The notes beneath the pieces were generated by a model that was not told the origin of the DNA, did not search any database, and was given only the letters and a program-made list of their open reading frames with translations. A program made the position numbers and the translations under genes. Below, one piece after another: positions 34,149-36,407 of a stretch of 36,407 bases of DNA (its first letter is position 1; every line of letters begins with the position of its first letter). The DNA is taken from positions 1-36,407 of the forward strand of contig JYFJ02003921.1 in assembly GCA_000934665.2 (NCBI GenBank). Direction: 5' to 3'. Origin of the DNA: Catajapyx aquilonaris (taxonomy: Eukaryota).

Positions 34149-34770
34149 TTGCATTTTGTGACAAAAGTGTGAAACTCGGTACACTTGTTCTTTGGACACT
34201 TCTGATCAATATCTGGACGTGGAGCCACGATGACCCACCCAGGTGGAAGTCACTTTCGCAGAGTTGCCATAACTACCAGGTGCAGCATCCTTTATAGGAC
34301 CTTGTATTCAGTGATAAAAACATGACTCGCCGTAATTGGTCTTTGGACACTTCTGAACATGTGTGGAAGTGCGACCATGATGACTGATCCCGTTGTGGGT
34401 CACTCGCAGGGTTTCCAGATCTAACGGGCCCAACATGCCTCTACGTAGACCATGTGAATTGGGAGCTTGCATTCAGTGATAAAAACGTGAAACTCAGTAC
34501 ACTAGTTCTTTGAACTCATCTCAACATAATTATCTGGACGTGGGTAGCCCCTGGTGGCCCCGCCAGGCGTCACTATCGCCGGGTTGCCAAATCAAACAGG
34601 TGCTACTTACCTTTACATGATTAAGGGCCTTGCATTCGGTGATCAAAACATGAAACTCAACCCAATTGGTCTTTGGACACTACTGAACATGTCTGGAAGT
34701 GGGGCCACTATGGATGGCCCCGCTGTGGGTCGCTCGCGGGGTTGCCAGATCTAACGGGTTCTCTACGTAA
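34149..34770. repeat. Tandem array of four ~160-bp units (A-B-A-B)
   Basis: Units start at TTGYATT..GTGA..AAAA..TGA near 34149, 34302, 34467 and 34630 and share TCTTTG(G)ACAC, TGGAMGTG and GGTTGCCA. Confidence 0.8.
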
Positions 34771-34774
34771 ACTA

Positions 34775-35361
34775 CAGTAAAACTTCTATAAGTCGAACTT
34801 CCCTAAGTCGAAGTTCTCTATAAGTCGAAGAAAATGATGAGCTTGGTTGGTCACAATGTAAAAGAATATGAAATAAACTTCCCTAACTAACTCGAAGTTC
34901 TCCATAACTCGAAGTGCAGGCAGGGCCTTACGATGGGATATCAATGCATTTTCAGTCTCCCTAAGTCGAAGTTCATGTTGGCGAGTACGGAAAATTGTCT
35001 CATTTCCCAGCTGAAGGGTCGAGAGTAGGCCACATGTACAGAAAGGCTCAATTTCCTGACCTCCGTCTACCAGGCATACCGAAAGAAGTGTTTGACTCGA
35101 TTGTGACAATTGAATCCTTGAGTCTAAGAGTAGGCAAATGTCCGTAAAGGAGATTTTTTCACAACAAAACAATGAGGAACATTGTAAGTGTGATAGTGAC
35201 AGTTATTTTTAAGTTTTGAACACCTTTGGTCGCTGGATATAAAGGTAGGCTTCCTTATAGAGTTATGTGCTAAAAAAAAGCCAAACTTATCTAACTCGAA
35301 TCTTCTATAACTCGAAGTTTTTTCCCGGTCCCATGGAGATTCGACTTATAGAAGTTTTATG
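34775..35361. mobile_element. pogo/Tigger-like MITE
   Basis: TA|CAGTAAAACTTCTATAAGTCGAA, repeated TAAGTCGAAG/TAACTCGAAG, ..GGTCCC..TTCGACTTATAGAAGTTTTA. Confidence 0.82.
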
Positions 35362-36407
35362 CCTGGTGGCACCAACAAAATTACCGGTCCGATAGCTCCT
35401 AATGGACAGATAGGTAGACCTTTTAACATGTGCTATCGGTTTAATTTTGTTGGTGCAACCAGGCATTAATGGTGTCTCCGACGTGCAGCCTTGGAGCACT
35501 ACACGAGTCTAAAAATTATTCATCGTATTGCATTGCTATGGCAATGACAAAAAGTTAATAAGTTAAGTTAAGGGTAGAACTGTGAAGTTTTGAACATAAT
35601 TATATCCGCACGATCCTACTGCACATTCGGCCCTTCGATGAAGAAACCTAATTCCGAATAATTATTGAGCAAAAAAATTAAAATGTATTTTTTCGTGGGT
35701 TGTAATTTTTTGTGGCGTTTCGAAGAGGAATTCAGTTATAAATGGTAGGAATGCACTTCACGACGGTGGGGATCTGTGTTCAAAATTTGGAAGCTCTACC
35801 TACAGCAGAACTTGAGTTAGTGGAAATTTTTTAAAAACGTACAAGAAGATCAAGATGTTGGAAAAATTCATGGTTGAAATGCTACACTGCGGCCTTACAT
35901 CCCCTAAAATGACAAAAAGTTAATTATGGTTCTCAGTGTGTCAGGTTGCAATTTCAACTGTGAAAAAACAAAATTGCGAATTTCAAACATATTTTTGCAA
36001 TGCTGGAACAGATAGGACAAGAGCTAATTCTAGTCCGCTGTAACCAAAAATTAGCCATAAAATTTTGGATTTGTAAGTGCACTCATCTTCATGTACTTAA
36101 TGCCATTGATTTTGAGGTGTTTTTGGAATTGCCTCTTATTCCGTGTTACCATTTACTCTTGGTGTTACTTACTAGATCAATACTCTCTTACAGCCAAGCA
36201 CTTCAGCCACTGTGGTTCCACGCACCAGCAAAGGAGATCTACCAATTCAAGGTTGACTTACGTCACTTCAAGTCCCCTTTCTGGTGTCGCATATGACTGT
36301 GTTCCAGACAATTAGGGGGCACGGCAGTGCCCCCGCCAAGTTCTCGCCGCACTGCCGGACCACCTTTACCCGACACAACTCACGTCATTTTGACCCCCTC
36401 GAATCTT

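Overview
Eukaryotic (arthropod, insect-like) genomic DNA. It holds three spliced protein-coding genes in a dense background of transposon relics. (1) The last 7 coding exons of an unconventional myosin XV orthologue (MyTH4-FERM tail; + strand, 1420-4214). (2) A 3-coding-exon F-box/leucine-rich-repeat gene (- strand, 18299->10492, ~405 aa). (3) A divergently transcribed 9-exon gene (+ strand, 19993-33820, ~426 aa) ending in the FN3 domain typical of ATF7IP/MCAF1/Windei, but far shorter than canonical family members. Introns and intergenic DNA contain MITEs with TA, TTAA, AATT and 8-bp target-site duplications, tRNA-derived SINEs, an R1-like non-LTR fragment, a hAT/Buster transposase fossil, several reconstructable nested insertions, a ~160-bp tandem array and microsatellites. 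Gene models were assembled by hand from GT-AG sites and phase continuity. Family assignments come from recalled motifs, not database searches.
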